In this document: piece after piece, positions 63,748-64,000 of the stretch
Numbering within the stretch: position 1 is the stretch's first letter
Layout: every line of letters begins with the position of its first letter
From: a virus
Taxonomy: Duplodnaviria > Caudoviricetes
Strand: one strand, 5' to 3'
Virus record (IMG/VR): IMGVR_UViG_3300020016_000006
Coordinates: 3,433 to 67,432 of that record
Length of the DNA: 64,000 nucleotides
The notes under the pieces: generated by a model
The model's input: only the letters and a program-made list of their open reading frames with translations
What the model was told of the DNA's origin: nothing
Database searches by the model: none
Translations under genes and position numbers: made by a program

Positions 63748-64000
63748 TGGATGATCCGATCTACAAGGTGAACGTTGAACTGCGTGGTCGTGGCTACATG
63801 CTCAAGCGAGCACCAAATGGGCAAGCAATACATATAATGAATGTTAATGATGGAATGTTTCTCCAGCGCACCGGGAGCATAACAGAAGCAGTTCAGATCA
63901 TTAATGATATGGAGGGTAAAACAGAAGATGACCCCGAATCATGGAAGCTCAAGTTTTCACGTATTGGCCGAGGCCACACAGGATCACGAAAGAACAGGGG
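63747..64000 (+). CDS. hypothetical protein, truncated by window end
   Basis: TAATG coupling, open to position 64000. Confidence 0.55.
   Translation, partial: MDDPIYKVNVELRGRGYMLKRAPNGQAIHIMNVNDGMFLQRTGSITEAVQIINDMEGKTEDDPESWKLKFSRIGRGHTGSRKNR

Noticed and set aside
1-64000. tRNA, rRNA, integrase, repressor-switch or IS elements
   Set aside because: No cloverleaf or T-loop signature, recombinase motif or transposase seen by eye; tRNAscan-SE and HMM searches would be needed to exclude them.
1-64000. Stop-codon reassignment
   Set aside because: TAA, TAG and TGA all end well-coupled genes, and long conserved genes are uninterrupted under the standard code.

Overview
The window is most or all of a tailed dsDNA phage genome with a siphovirus layout, probably circularly permuted and probably infecting a diderm host. 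Almost every gene is on the + strand. Order: small hypothetical genes (1-6.1 kb); terminase small subunit; an inverted gene pair around a probable genome-end region (7.4-9.3 kb); accessory membrane and fibre genes; terminase large subunit, portal, scaffold, capsid and tail with a -1 frameshift chaperone and tape measure (15.6-33.8 kb); lysis (33.9-36.9 kb); replication (SNF2, AEP primase, RecD/Dda-like and UvrD helicases, DnaE plus separate epsilon exonuclease); a likely pyrimidine-modification/glycosylation cluster (48.3-53.6 kb: FAD oxidoreductase, atypical ThyX, HAD phosphatase, SDR, DUF1599/Nmad1-like, GT-A); and more small genes. I saw no integrase, tRNA, rRNA or CRISPR. The outstanding observation is a 963-bp segment (8321-9283) with no TG or CA dinucleotide at all, in a genome that is otherwise TG/CA-rich. 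It is a complete transcription unit (promoter, two ORFs, terminator) missed by the ORF track because both ORFs start with ACG. Its first ORF is a recoded twin (100/114 aa identical in the core; W>F, Q>A, M>L, ATG>ACG) of an ordinary TG/CA-rich gene facing the other way at 7484-7918. The candidate phage promoters also avoid the TG/CA-containing TTGACA. My working hypothesis (inference) is that virion DNA is hypermodified at TpG/CpA steps by the 48-53 kb cluster and the first-expressed unit is kept free of the target so host RNA polymerase can read it; evasion of a host factor that targets CA/TG is the alternative. All family calls are by motif recognition only; no database searches were run.
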